25,779 nucleotides of DNA. It comes from Candidatus Eiseniibacteriota bacterium (lineage in GTDB: Bacteria; Arandabacterota; Arandabacteria; Arandabacterales; Arandabacteraceae). The notes beneath the pieces were generated by a model. The model was not told the origin of the DNA. It did no database searches and worked only from the letters and a program-made list of their open reading frames with translations. The stretch lies in contig JBDRNT010000121.1 in the NCBI GenBank assembly GCA_043810925.1, forward strand, positions 1-25,779. Direction: 5' to 3'. Position numbers and translations under genes: made by a program. This document shows positions 1 to 9,096 of the stretch, piece by piece. The stretch's first letter is position 1. The number at the start of each line of letters is the position of its first letter.

Positions 1-15
1 AGCTTGTTTGTCCAT
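1..15 (-). CDS. 5' end of a gene running off the window (MDKQA...)
   Basis: Minus strand reads GGAGGAGGGAGCC-ATG GAC AAA CAA GCT, with a strong SD and a consensus promoter at 62-90. Product unknown. Confidence 0.6.
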
Positions 16-61
16 GGCTCCCTCCTCCGGGTGTGTCCGCTCTTTGCTCTCCGAGTCTTGG

Positions 62-90
62 ATATTACACCGTCCGCACGCTTGTGTCAA
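62..90 (-). promoter_or_regulatory. sigma70-type promoter for the truncated gene
   Basis: TTGACA (90-85), 17-nt spacer, TAATAT (67-62) on the minus strand. Confidence 0.7.
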
Positions 91-124
91 GGTGGGGCCA
101 AGCCTGACCCCATCTTTGACCCCA

Positions 125-1474
125 TTACAGTTTGAGGACGAACCTGGCAATCTCGAGATAAATGATGAGAGCTACTACATCGAGGACGCTGGCAATGAAC
201 GGACCGGAAACGACCGCGGGATCCAGTCTCAGTTTCTTGAAGGCCAAGGGAAGGACCGCCCCCAGCACCGTTGCAAACGTTACGACCGCAACCATCGCAA
301 GCCCGACAGTCACTGCGAGCCTGATGTTATTCTCAAGCACGAAACCCCTGAGCGCACCTACAAGCGCCACGACAACTCCGATGGTCAGCCCGACAACGAT
401 CTCCTTCCAGAAGATCCGAACCGAATCGGAGAGTGTTACCTCCCCCGTGGCAAGGCCTCTTATTATAACGGTGGACGCCTGTGTCCCGGCATTCCCACCG
501 GACGCATTTATGACCGGTATAAAGATGGCGAGTGCAAACATGGTTGTTATCATCGATTCATACCGATGTACGATCATCCCCGAGATGAATCCCACGGCGG
601 CAAGCAGGATCAGCCAGACAACCCTCTCGCGCGCCAGCCGGAACGGGTTCGTGGGCAGATACCGAAGATGCTCGCCGGCGGCGCCGAAGTGGTACATGTC
701 TTCCGTTGTCTCTTTTACAACGACGTCGACAACATCATCGTGTGTCACAATTCCAAGGAGCTTGCCCCCGGAGTCAACAACCGGGACGGATACGAGATCA
801 TAGTCTTTTGCGACTCTCACGACTTCCTCGACATCAGCAGTCGCGTCAACGGACTTGACATCCCCCTTCATAACATCCTTCACGCTTGCGAGGCTTGGGA
901 GGACGAACAGGTCTTTGAGTGGAATCACACCGACAAGTTGTCTGGAGTTGTCGACAACAAAGACGTTATACAGAGTGTCGCGGTCGGGCGCTATTCGTCG
1001 AAGTTCCCCGAGCGCACCGCCAATCGTCAAATCACCGCTTACGGCAGCGTACTCGGTCGTCATGACCGATCCCGCCGTTCCCTCTTCATAGGTAACCAGT
1101 TTGGCGATCTCATTGCGTTTGGCCTGCGCGAGCATAGGTAGAATCCTCTCCGCCACCTCCTCGGGAAGGGCCTTGATCAGATCCACCCGCTCATCCGGAT
1201 CCATCCGCTCAATCAGGTGTGCATTGTCAGGTCGTGGCATGATCTGGAGCACCTCGACCTGCACTTCGGTATCAAGCTTCTGAAAGGTATCGGGGCCGAG
1301 CGGGTCACCGAGAAGCAGGACAATCCGGGAAATCACCGGTGGCTCAAGTTCACCAATGAACTCCGCAATGTCGTAGGGATTCTGTACGCTCAGGAAATCC
1401 CTGACGGCATCGAACCGGCCTTCCTCCAACATCCCCGTGATCTCGGGCCCTATGATTGAATCTCGTTCTCCCAT
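125..1474 (-). CDS. mgtE: Magnesium transporter MgtE
   Basis: MgtE N-domain (DIAE..., MDPDERVDL), 'TAGSVMTTEY', a CBS pair, and TM motifs 'SGGNAGTQA' and 'DPAVVSGPFIASVLDV'. SD GGAG precedes the ATG. Confidence 0.96.
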   Translation of the reverse strand: MGERDSIIGPEITGMLEEGRFDAVRDFLSVQNPYDIAEFIGELEPPVISRIVLLLGDPLGPDTFQKLDTEVQVEVLQIMPRPDNAHLIERMDPDERVDLIKALPEEVAERILPMLAQAKRNEIAKLVTYEEGTAGSVMTTEYAAVSGDLTIGGALGELRRIAPDRDTLYNVFVVDNSRQLVGVIPLKDLFVLPSLASVKDVMKGDVKSVDATADVEEVVRVAKDYDLVSVPVVDSGGKLLGIVTHDDVVDVVVKETTEDMYHFGAAGEHLRYLPTNPFRLARERVVWLILLAAVGFISGMIVHRYESMITTMFALAIFIPVINASGGNAGTQASTVIIRGLATGEVTLSDSVRIFWKEIVVGLTIGVVVALVGALRGFVLENNIRLAVTVGLAMVAVVTFATVLGAVLPLAFKKLRLDPAVVSGPFIASVLDVVALIIYLEIARFVLKL

Positions 1475-1514
1475 ACGTCTCCATGCGATATCTGATCGCG
1501 CTGGTCAGGATTCG

Positions 1515-1544
1515 ATGATAAGGTGTCCGGCTAGGGGAATTCAA
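1515..1544 (-). promoter_or_regulatory. Probable sigma70 promoter of mgtE
   Basis: TTGAAT (1544-1539), 18 nt, TATCAT (1520-1515). It leaves only a ~35-nt leader. Confidence 0.5.
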
Positions 1545-1572
1545 GCGTTATGATCCAAGTTGCGGTCGCCGG

Positions 1573-2661
1573 TTACTCCACCGGCTCAAACCTCACACGG
1601 TCCATCCTTCCCTTCGGACCGTCAAGATGGGTGAATCTCAGAGTACACCAGCCACCCGTCAACTCGAAGCGGCTGCTCCCGGCAGCCTCATGATACTCCT
1701 CAGTTCACCCAATGCCGGAGCCCTGATCGAGCAAGTAACTGTCCTCTTGAGGTAAAGGACCCGCGTCGATCACTGTGACTTGAACTTCAATTGAAAAACC
1801 AATGTTAGTCGAATACCAGACAGAAGCAATGTAGGTGCCGGTGCCGGGAACGCGCACGGGAACCTCCAGATACTCCCCGGCTATGTCTAGCCCCTCGACG
1901 GCGTGTTGCTTGCTGGCAGCTCCACAGTACGACACTGATATGCCATACCCGCCCAGATCAAGATGATCCGTGTAGTCCTCCAGTTCGACATCGAACGCCT
2001 TGGCCGCGCCGGCCACAAGCACTTTCGCCACTCCACTCTTCTCGGGACAGCTCACGCTTGTGGCCCGTACCATTAGATCGAAGGTGGAACCCGCGGCAAG
2101 AGGGGCGACATAGGTGCCGTTGGTTCTTATCGTCCCGATCGAGTCCGCATCCCCCGCCACGGCTGCGACCGACCACACTACCTCTGTGGTCGGACAGCCC
2201 GAGACTTCACTCGAAAACTCGATCGAATCCGCCACGAGCACAGTAGCCGTATCAGGGGTGACATTGACAAATGCCGTCGTGTCTTCCCTGGTGATAAAGA
2301 TCGTCGCCTCAGCCTCGACCGTTGCATCTTCCACCGCCACGGCCCTCAAGGTGACGGATGGTTGCACAAGTCCGAACAGAGAAGGCAGGCTATCCGGTGC
2401 AACATAGAGGCCTTCGGTCGTTATCATTCCTATCCACGGATCACCGCCCGGAATTCCGTTCACATACCATCTTACCTTGGGCCTATCGCCATCGTAGTCA
2501 ACGTCGAAGGTCCGGAAGCAGCTGATCTCAAGTGTCAGGGAATCGGGGATTATTACCAGCTGCAGCTGGGGACCGGGGCCCTTGTCATCACCACAATGAA
2601 GACCGAGCATTACGCCGCCGGCAAGTGCCAGAACACACACCAGTCTAAGCTTGCTCGTCAA
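1573..2661 (-). CDS. Exported lipoprotein with two Ig-like domains and a C-terminal CBM6/35-like beta-sandwich; in-frame TGA at 1707-1705, probably recoded (candidate selenocysteine); 362 aa if read through, 318 aa if not
   Basis: TTG start with AGGAGG SD and signal peptide 'MTSKLRLVCVLALAGGVMLGLH-C'. Two repeats of the 'V.W.V....G.I...G.YVAP' type. After TGA the frame reads TEEYHEAAGSSRFELTGGWCTLRFTHLDGPKGRMDRVRFEPVE-TAA (1575-1573). Confidence 0.75.
1671..1687 (-). promoter_or_regulatory. Putative bacterial SECIS element
   Basis: mRNA hairpin GGCUGC-CGGGA-GCAGCC starts 17 nt after the UGA. The apical loop is 23 nt from the UGA and has G at its second position. Confidence 0.6.
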
Positions 2662-2688
2662 CGTCGTCCTCCTGTTGCGGAGAACCTT

Positions 2689-4224
2689 CTACCTTTTCCA
2701 GACCAGACCGATCTTTCCAGACTTTGCTTCCACCGCATTCAGTATGTCCCAGCCGGCGACCTTCTTTGCTATCGCCTGAATATCGGGATAAAGCACCCGG
2801 TCCTGCTTAAGAGGCCTGACCACCTTGCGGATCTCCTTATACGCGGCAGCCGTGCCGACCCCGGGCTTCCCGTCAAGGAAGTCGAGGGCTTGTGCAGCCG
2901 ACATCATTTCGATGGCAAGAATGTTAATTACGTTTCGCACTATCTCTTTGAGCTTGCGCGCGGCAATCGGACCCATACACACATGATCCTCCTGATCCGC
3001 AGCCATGCTGAAGTTGTCAACGATCGCCGGATGGGAAAGCAACTTGTTCTCGGAGCAGAGCGACGCCGCCGTGTATTGCGCGACCATCAGACCGGAGTTC
3101 AAGCCCTCACCTTTCACAAGAAACGCCGGAAGACCCACGTTGAGGTTTGGATTCATAAGCCGGTTTGTGTGCCGTTCGCTGAGGCCCCCGATCTCGCTCA
3201 CCGCGATCGCAAGCAGGTCGAGCACCATCGCAACCGGCTGGCCATGGAAGTTGCCGCAGGATATGCGCTCCCTGTCGGCCGAGAAGAAGAGCGGATTATC
3301 CACCGCCGAGTTCATCTCGATCTCGATCTGTTGTCTTGCATAGTGAAGTGCATCAACCGACGGTCCGTAAACCTGGGGAATACACCGCAGGCTGTACGCA
3401 TCCTGAACCTTCGTTCCTTTGCCGGCAAGCCTGCTGCCTCTGAGCAGTTTCCTCAGGTTGGCCGCAACGATGTTTTGTCCGTTGTAGGGCCTGATCTCGT
3501 GTACCCGTTTGTCATACCCTCCCAGAGGAGTCCTGAGGGCATCCGCCGACATGGCGCTCGCTATCATAGCGGTCTTTGCCAGCTTGATCGCATCATAGAG
3601 CCGGAGCGCGCCGCAGGCAGTGAACATCTGTGTCCCGTTGATCAGCCCCAGACCCTCTTTGAAGCTGAGATTGACGGGCTTAATGCCCGCCGTCGCCATT
3701 GCTTTCTTCCCGCTCATCAACTTGCCTTTGTAAAACGCTCTGCCCTCCCCCATCACAACCTCGGCCATCTGTGAAAGCGGTGAGAGATCACCGCTCGTCC
3801 CGACCGAGCCTTTCTCGTTTATCGCAGGAATAACGTTCTTGTTGATCATCTTTATCAGGGTCCGAAGCGTACTGAGCCTCACGGCCGAATAGCCTTTGGC
3901 CAAGAGATTCGCCCTGAGCAGCATCGCCCCTCTCACCTCATCTTCCTCAAAGAAGTCACCCACGCCTGCCGAATGACTGTAGACGATCCGCTTCTGCAGC
4001 TCTTCGCCCACCTCCGGGGGAACACGAACCCTTGAAAGTTCTCCGATACCGGTGGTCACACCGTAGATCAACTGGCCTTCGGCCACCAGATCCTCGACGG
4101 TCTTCCTGCACCTGACGACAGCTCTCGCAGCCTTAGGGGCAAGCTTCACGCGGGCGTGGTTACGTGCTACTTCGTGGACATCCTCGATCTTGAGTCTCTC
4201 GCCGTCAATCTGCACGATCATCAT
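2689..4224 (-). CDS. hutH: Histidine ammonia-lyase (MIO-dependent aromatic amino acid lyase family)
   Basis: Motifs 'IYGVTTGIGEL', 'IVYSHSAG' (His-specific SH), MIO loop 'GSVGTSGDL', 'KEGLGLINGTQ', 'QDAYSLRCIPQV', 'GNFHGQP' and 'QEDHV'. The start is probably ATG 4224 or 4221 after GGAGG, not 4245. Confidence 0.9.
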   Translation of the reverse strand: MMIVQIDGERLKIEDVHEVARNHARVKLAPKAARAVVRCRKTVEDLVAEGQLIYGVTTGIGELSRVRVPPEVGEELQKRIVYSHSAGVGDFFEEDEVRGAMLLRANLLAKGYSAVRLSTLRTLIKMINKNVIPAINEKGSVGTSGDLSPLSQMAEVVMGEGRAFYKGKLMSGKKAMATAGIKPVNLSFKEGLGLINGTQMFTACGALRLYDAIKLAKTAMIASAMSADALRTPLGGYDKRVHEIRPYNGQNIVAANLRKLLRGSRLAGKGTKVQDAYSLRCIPQVYGPSVDALHYARQQIEIEMNSAVDNPLFFSADRERISCGNFHGQPVAMVLDLLAIAVSEIGGLSERHTNRLMNPNLNVGLPAFLVKGEGLNSGLMVAQYTAASLCSENKLLSHPAIVDNFSMAADQEDHVCMGPIAARKLKEIVRNVINILAIEMMSAAQALDFLDGKPGVGTAAAYKEIRKVVRPLKQDRVLYPDIQAIAKKVAGWDILNAVEAKSGKIGLVWKR

Positions 4225-4266
4225 CTTCCTCCATCGTATGAGCAATTGTACGTTCAGGCTCCCACG

Positions 4267-4295
4267 AATCTACTACATAACCCGGTCATGGTCAA
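4267..4295 (-). promoter_or_regulatory. sigma70-type promoter of hutH
   Basis: TTGACC (4295-4290), 17 nt, TAGATT (4272-4267). Confidence 0.55.
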
Positions 4296-4336
4296 GACAG
4301 CTGCCGACCCGCCGGCACAGGCCGGACTCCTTGGCG

Positions 4337-4365
4337 TTGACACGAGAACCGCTTTGAGTCAGATT
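4337..4365 (+). promoter_or_regulatory. Divergent sigma70-type promoter for MATE/GT4/flippase
   Basis: TTGACA (4337-4342), 17 nt, CAGATT (4360-4365). The -10 is weak. Confidence 0.4.
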
Positions 4366-4424
4366 AAGGGATAAGACCAATGACAGGCCTACAATAGGCC
4401 GTACCAGGGGGGGGCCGGAGCTTC

Positions 4425-5777
4425 ATGGAAAGGCGCGTATTCGAAGAGCACAGAAAGGGCGGGTATGCCGAGGTATGGCATATTGCCTACCCGGCGGTGC
4501 TCACGATGATAAGCCAGACTCTGATGAGCTTCACCGATGCCGTAATGGTCGGTCGCCTGGGTGCGGTCGAGATTGCGGGAGTCGGCCTGGCCGGCACGCT
4601 TGTCTGGGGGCTTTATTCGTTCTTCAACGGGCTGGTAAACGGGATAAACACATTTGTCGCCCAGGACTACGGCGCCAAGCGCTATCACAACATTGGTCCA
4701 ATGGCCTGGCAGGGGGTCTACCTCGCCGTATTCTCAGGCATCCTCCTTTTCGTGTTGAGCAGTTACAGCTCCCATCTTTTCAGATTGATGGGACCCGATG
4801 AGGCCGTCCAGACGGTCGGCTCATCCTACCTCAAGATCAGGATGCGGGGAGGCACGTTCATAGTCCTCTGGATGTGCTTCTCGGCGTTCATGCGAGGCCT
4901 GGGTGATACACGGACGCCACTTAAGATTACGGTGATGGCCAACCTCATAAACATCGTGGGCGACTACACCCTGATTTACGGTAAGCTCGGGTTTCCAAAA
5001 CTCGGGACCGATGGCGCGGCCATCGCGACGATCTTTGCGAACGGTGTGGGTGCCGCTGCGTTCTTCTGGGTCTTTCTCTCGGCCAGGCACTCGACCGACT
5101 ATTCGACCCGGACGGGATGGCGTCCCAGAGCGCAGTCGATGAGGAGGCTTGCCAGGATCGGTCTTCCGATCGGCCTGCAGTGGTTTCTCGATATGGGCAG
5201 CTTCGTAGTCTTCTCCGCAATGATCGGCAGGATAGGTACGAATGAACTAGCCGCCAATGAGGCTGCCATAAGACTGATGTCACTGTCATTCATGCCGGTG
5301 TTTGGTCTTTCGATAGCTGCGACCACACTTGTAGGACAGTACATCGGCTCGGACGAGATGCATCTTGCCGTGCGCAGCGGGAATTCCTCGCTGAGGATAG
5401 GGTTTTTCTACACGCTCTTCATAGCTTTCGTCTTTCTGATCTTTGCGGGCAGGCTTGTGTCGATAATAAATTCAGACCCGGAGGTCGTGCGCGTCGGGAG
5501 CGGTATTATAAGAGTGGTCGCGATCTTCCAGGTGTTTGACGGCTTCGGAATAGTGAGCAACGGTTGTCTTCGTGGTGCCGGTGATACCCGGTGGGCCATG
5601 TATATCGGTGTGGGCTATGCCTGGCTGCTGTTTGTGCCGCTGGCCTACATTGCAGGCTTTGTGCTCAAAGGAGGAGCGGTCGGGGCCTGGGCCGGGGCGA
5701 CCGTCTACATTATCACCCTCGGGCTCACGTTCTTCTTCAGATTCAGGAGCGGCAAGTGGCAGTCTATTAAGATATAG
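4425..5777 (+). CDS. MATE family efflux transporter (NorM/DinF-like)
   Basis: About 12 TM segments, with 'D.VMVGRLG', 'RGLGDTRTPL', 'NIVGDYTLIYGKLGFPKLG..GAAIAT', 'RIGLPIG' and 'LRGAGDTR'. Confidence 0.93.
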   Translation: MERRVFEEHRKGGYAEVWHIAYPAVLTMISQTLMSFTDAVMVGRLGAVEIAGVGLAGTLVWGLYSFFNGLVNGINTFVAQDYGAKRYHNIGPMAWQGVYLAVFSGILLFVLSSYSSHLFRLMGPDEAVQTVGSSYLKIRMRGGTFIVLWMCFSAFMRGLGDTRTPLKITVMANLINIVGDYTLIYGKLGFPKLGTDGAAIATIFANGVGAAAFFWVFLSARHSTDYSTRTGWRPRAQSMRRLARIGLPIGLQWFLDMGSFVVFSAMIGRIGTNELAANEAAIRLMSLSFMPVFGLSIAATTLVGQYIGSDEMHLAVRSGNSSLRIGFFYTLFIAFVFLIFAGRLVSIINSDPEVVRVGSGIIRVVAIFQVFDGFGIVSNGCLRGAGDTRWAMYIGVGYAWLLFVPLAYIAGFVLKGGAVGAWAGATVYIITLGLTFFFRFRSGKWQSIKI

Positions 5778-5811
5778 AACGCCGCTTGAAGATAGGTTAC
5801 TATGGACGCCG

Positions 5812-6933
5812 ATGTGTTCGATCACAGGTAAGATCAACATTCTCTATGTAACTCATGATACCGGCCTGATCGGTGGAGCCGAGCGGCAGCTGCTTGAGCT
5901 CTTGAAGGGCCTCGATCGGGACAGGTACGCCCCCCATCTGGTCTGTATTGAGGTAGGTGGTCTTGTTGCCGAGCGTGCACTCGAGATTGGAGTCCCCGTT
6001 CATCACGTAACCCGGAGTTGGAGATGGGACCTGGGTGTGGCCATGAGGCTCAGGCGTTTCATCAAGGACAAGCAGATCTCCATCGTACATGCGTACCTGG
6101 GTCTTCCGGGTTTCTATGGCGCGCTTGCAGGGAAACTCGGCGGGGCGAAGGTGATCACAACGATAAGGATCGCCGGACCGAGGATGCGCTTTACGGATGT
6201 AAGTGAACGGTTTGCCTTCTTGATATCCGACAGCATTCTATCCAACTCCAAGGCAGGCGCCGACTTCTATTTCAAACACTTTCCCGGCAGGCATAAGACC
6301 CGGGTGATCTATAACGGCTACAGGCTATCGGAATTCGACCGGACTGAAGCGGTGTCCCGGGCCGACCTTGGACTTCCCGAGGACAGTCTGGTGATCGGCC
6401 ACGTCGCAAACCTGACATATCTGAAGGACTACCCGACTTTCCTCCAGGCGCTCACGCGCGTCTTCCGCGCGGAACCCCGGGCTGCAGCGGTAATAGTCGG
6501 AGACGGGGCCAAGCGGGACGACTATGAGTCGCTTGCCGGGTCTCTGGGGATAAGCGACCGCACGCATTTCCTTGGTCACCGGCGTGATGTGCTCGGTCTC
6601 GTCATGACATTCGATGTCGGAGTACTCGCATCCCATCCGGACTACAGCGAAGGTCTTTCAAACAGCGTAGCGGAATACATGGGTATGTCAAAACCCGTTG
6701 TCGCAACCGATGTCGGTGGAAACTCGGAGCTGGTGGCCGACGGGGCAAGCGGCTTCTTGAGCCCCGCAGGCAAGCCCGAACCACTCAGCGACCGGATCAT
6801 CGATCTGCTTCGAAACCACGATCTCCGCCGGGATATGGGGAGACAGGGAAGGAAGTTCTTCGAGGAAAATCTCACCCTCGAGAGGATGGTAGACGAAACC
6901 CAGCGCGTCTATGAACGCCTGCTTGCGAGTTAG
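5812..6933 (+). CDS. Glycosyltransferase family 4 (GT-B)
   Basis: Motifs 'GGAERQL', 'VIYNG', 'K.Y.TFL' and 'EGLSNSVAEYMGMSKPVVATDVGGNSE'. The start is probably ATG 5812, because the ORF-track start at 5572 overlaps the MATE gene. Confidence 0.9.
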   Translation: MCSITGKINILYVTHDTGLIGGAERQLLELLKGLDRDRYAPHLVCIEVGGLVAERALEIGVPVHHVTRSWRWDLGVAMRLRRFIKDKQISIVHAYLGLPGFYGALAGKLGGAKVITTIRIAGPRMRFTDVSERFAFLISDSILSNSKAGADFYFKHFPGRHKTRVIYNGYRLSEFDRTEAVSRADLGLPEDSLVIGHVANLTYLKDYPTFLQALTRVFRAEPRAAAVIVGDGAKRDDYESLAGSLGISDRTHFLGHRRDVLGLVMTFDVGVLASHPDYSEGLSNSVAEYMGMSKPVVATDVGGNSELVADGASGFLSPAGKPEPLSDRIIDLLRNHDLRRDMGRQGRKFFEENLTLERMVDETQRVYERLLAS

Positions 6934-6935
6934 TA

Positions 6936-8432
6936 ATGTCCAAAGAATCAAACATGGGTCTTATCGTAAAGAACGCGGGCATCGACACCTTCGGCACCGG
7001 CATCAATATCATCATCACGTTCTTTGCAAGTGTTGTTATCACGCGGACCATCGGAGCTGAGCTCTTCGGCAAGTACTCCCTTGCCAACAGTATTTTTCAA
7101 GTCCTGAGCGTATTCGCGATCTTCGGTATGAACGCAGGTGTGGTCAAGCTCACTTCCAAGTATAATGCACGGCAGGATCCGCCGGCCGTGAAGGGCACGC
7201 TGATGAGCGGGATCGTGCTCACGGCCGCAATATCCGCCGTGATCGTGGTTGCGGTCGTTTTCCTCTCTCCGCTGCTGGCAACCAAGGTCTTCAGCAAGGC
7301 CGAGGGCCTGAGTCCGATTCTAAGGATCTTCATCATCGCACTTCCCTTTTATTCCCTTATGCTTGTGATCAACGGCTACACACAGGGCCTCAAGACGCTC
7401 AAGTACACTGTGCTGGTGGAATTGATCTCCCGTCCTTTGATCCGGCTTGCCGCAGTTGTACTGCTTTTCCTGATCGGGTGGAGATTGTTCGGTGTGATTG
7501 TTGGCACGATCTTCGCCTACGTCGTCGCCACGCTGATGGCATTCCATTTTGCCAAGAAGGTCTCCCCTTTCAATTTCAAACGCACCCGGGTCAGACCGGT
7601 CTACAATGAACTCTTCTTCTACTCTCTCCCGCTTGTGTTCTCACGTTTCATGAACGTGATCATGGCGAGATCGAACACCATACTGGTGGGTTATTTCGAG
7701 GACCCCACGAGCATCGGGCTCTTCGGCGCGGTCGCCCAGTTGGCCCCGTTCGTGTCACTGGGTCTTGTCTCCTTCACCAAGATCTTCTCACCGGTAATCG
7801 CCGACCTGTGGGAGCGGAACAATCTGGAGGAGCTCAAGAGCACTTTCAAGACCGTGTCAAAGTGGGTTTTCAGTATCGGGCTACCGGTCTTCATCGTCTT
7901 GATGGTTTTCGCCCCGTCGCTGCTGAGCGTTTTTGGTCCCGAGTTCGCCGGTGCGGCGACAACCCTGAGGCTGATGGCTGTCGGACAGATACTGACCGTG
8001 ATTATAGGTCCGCTTGGATATCTCCTGGCTATGACAGGTCGCCAGAAACTCAATCTGGTGAACGCCATTGCGCTTGCCGCCGTAAACGTTGTGCTCAACA
8101 TCGTGATGATTCCAAGATGGGGAATAGCCGGTGCAGGACTCGCAAGTACGATCTCGGTCGTTGCCATAAACCTCGCGAGACTGATTCAGGTCAAGCGGAT
8201 CTACGGTTTCACGCCGTTCAGACGAGACATCTATAAGCCCGCACTCGCCGCAGCCATCGCGGCGGCGGTTTTCTATTTCCTGAGACTCCAGCTGGGGTGG
8301 GAAGATATCGGTCGGACGCTGCTTCTCTCGGCAGCCTGCGTCGTCGTTTATGCCAGCCTCCTCTATGTCTTCGGACTGAGAGAAGAAAAAGAGATCCTTC
8401 TCGAAATCCTCAGACGCAGAAAGCGTGCGTAA
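6936..8432 (+). CDS. Polysaccharide flippase (Wzx/RfbX-like, MOP superfamily)
   Basis: Multi-TM protein with 'RTIGAELFGKYSLA', 'ELFFYSLPL', 'FGPEF..A...L' and 'LNIVMIPRWGIAGAGLAS'. It begins 2 nt after the GT4 stop. Confidence 0.88.
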   Translation: MSKESNMGLIVKNAGIDTFGTGINIIITFFASVVITRTIGAELFGKYSLANSIFQVLSVFAIFGMNAGVVKLTSKYNARQDPPAVKGTLMSGIVLTAAISAVIVVAVVFLSPLLATKVFSKAEGLSPILRIFIIALPFYSLMLVINGYTQGLKTLKYTVLVELISRPLIRLAAVVLLFLIGWRLFGVIVGTIFAYVVATLMAFHFAKKVSPFNFKRTRVRPVYNELFFYSLPLVFSRFMNVIMARSNTILVGYFEDPTSIGLFGAVAQLAPFVSLGLVSFTKIFSPVIADLWERNNLEELKSTFKTVSKWVFSIGLPVFIVLMVFAPSLLSVFGPEFAGAATTLRLMAVGQILTVIIGPLGYLLAMTGRQKLNLVNAIALAAVNVVLNIVMIPRWGIAGAGLASTISVVAINLARLIQVKRIYGFTPFRRDIYKPALAAAIAAAVFYFLRLQLGWEDIGRTLLLSAACVVVYASLLYVFGLREEKEILLEILRRRKRA

Positions 8433-8444
8433 CCCGACATCCCC

Positions 8445-9017
8445 TTAATCGAACTTGACTTCAGGGACCTCCTGAGCCTCCGGTGCGGCCTCGAAATACG
8501 GCTTCGGCTCCGTGAGTCCCCTGCGCTTCGCAAAGAACTTCCCGAAAACTTCCCTTATATAGGTGTTGAAAGCGCGGACGGCTTCATTGTAGCGGCTCCG
8601 CTCGACGGCTATCCGGTTCTCCGAACCTTCAAGCTGGGCCTGAAGCGTCTGGAAGTTCTCGGTCGCCCTGAGCTGCGGATAGTTCTCAACAACGACCATG
8701 AGGCGCCCGAGTGCCGACTCCATCGCACGCGCGTTTTCGATCTTCTCGCCCACCGTTGCGGCTCCGGCCCACTGACTCCTCAGTCTCGTGATCTCGGAGT
8801 AGAGCTCTTCCTCATGACTCGCATAGCCCTTGACCGTATTCACGAGATTGGGAATGAGATCGTTACGGCGCTGGAGCATCGTCTCAACCTGTGCCCAGCT
8901 GCTGCCCACGCCCTCATGCATTCTCACCACCCGGTTGAGTCCATTAATGTACCATCCCACGACTCCAATGATCACAACGGCAATTACTACAATCGCTATC
9001 CAGCCACCTGCCTTCAT
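8445..9017 (-). CDS. lemA: LemA family protein
   Basis: N-terminal TM, then 'WAQVETMLQRRNDLIPNLVNTVKGYASHE', 'VVVENYPQLRA..NF..LQ.QLEG.ENRIAVER.RYNEAV'. The start is probably ATG 9017 after GGAGGT. Confidence 0.95.
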   Translation of the reverse strand: MKAGGWIAIVVIAVVIIGVVGWYINGLNRVVRMHEGVGSSWAQVETMLQRRNDLIPNLVNTVKGYASHEEELYSEITRLRSQWAGAATVGEKIENARAMESALGRLMVVVENYPQLRATENFQTLQAQLEGSENRIAVERSRYNEAVRAFNTYIREVFGKFFAKRRGLTEPKPYFEAAPEAQEVPEVKFD

Positions 9018-9096
9018 TTGTCCACCTCCGTCGACTTGACACTCATCATGAAAAGCATCCAATCAGGCATAAACACACTCATCCCTATTGTGCAGT

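Noticed and set aside
8-1141. Long plus-strand ORFs antisense to real genes (8..1141, 2362..3774, 12523..13305, 14644..15996, 23980..24699 and others)
   Set aside because: These are shadow ORFs of GC-rich coding sequence. They have no motifs or SD and lie opposite well-supported genes.
1660-1703. GAGGAG-N4-ATG mini-ORF (MRLPGAAASS*) just after the TGA
   Set aside because: It is only 10 codons long with no features. The SD-like sequence is simply Glu-Glu codons of the read-through frame.
1475-1704. M-box (ykoK) Mg2+ riboswitch upstream of mgtE
   Set aside because: No M-box features were recognised. Most of the gap is explained by the read-through coding extension, and the promoter at 1515-1544 leaves only about 35 nt of leader.
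4407-4414. G8 tract upstream of the MATE start as a phase-variation site
   Set aside because: It is short, lies outside the promoter spacer and CDS, and shows no evidence of length variation.
5572-5811. N-terminal 80-aa extension of the GT4 ORF
   Set aside because: It overlaps the MATE gene in another frame, and GT-B similarity starts only at 'KINILYV'.
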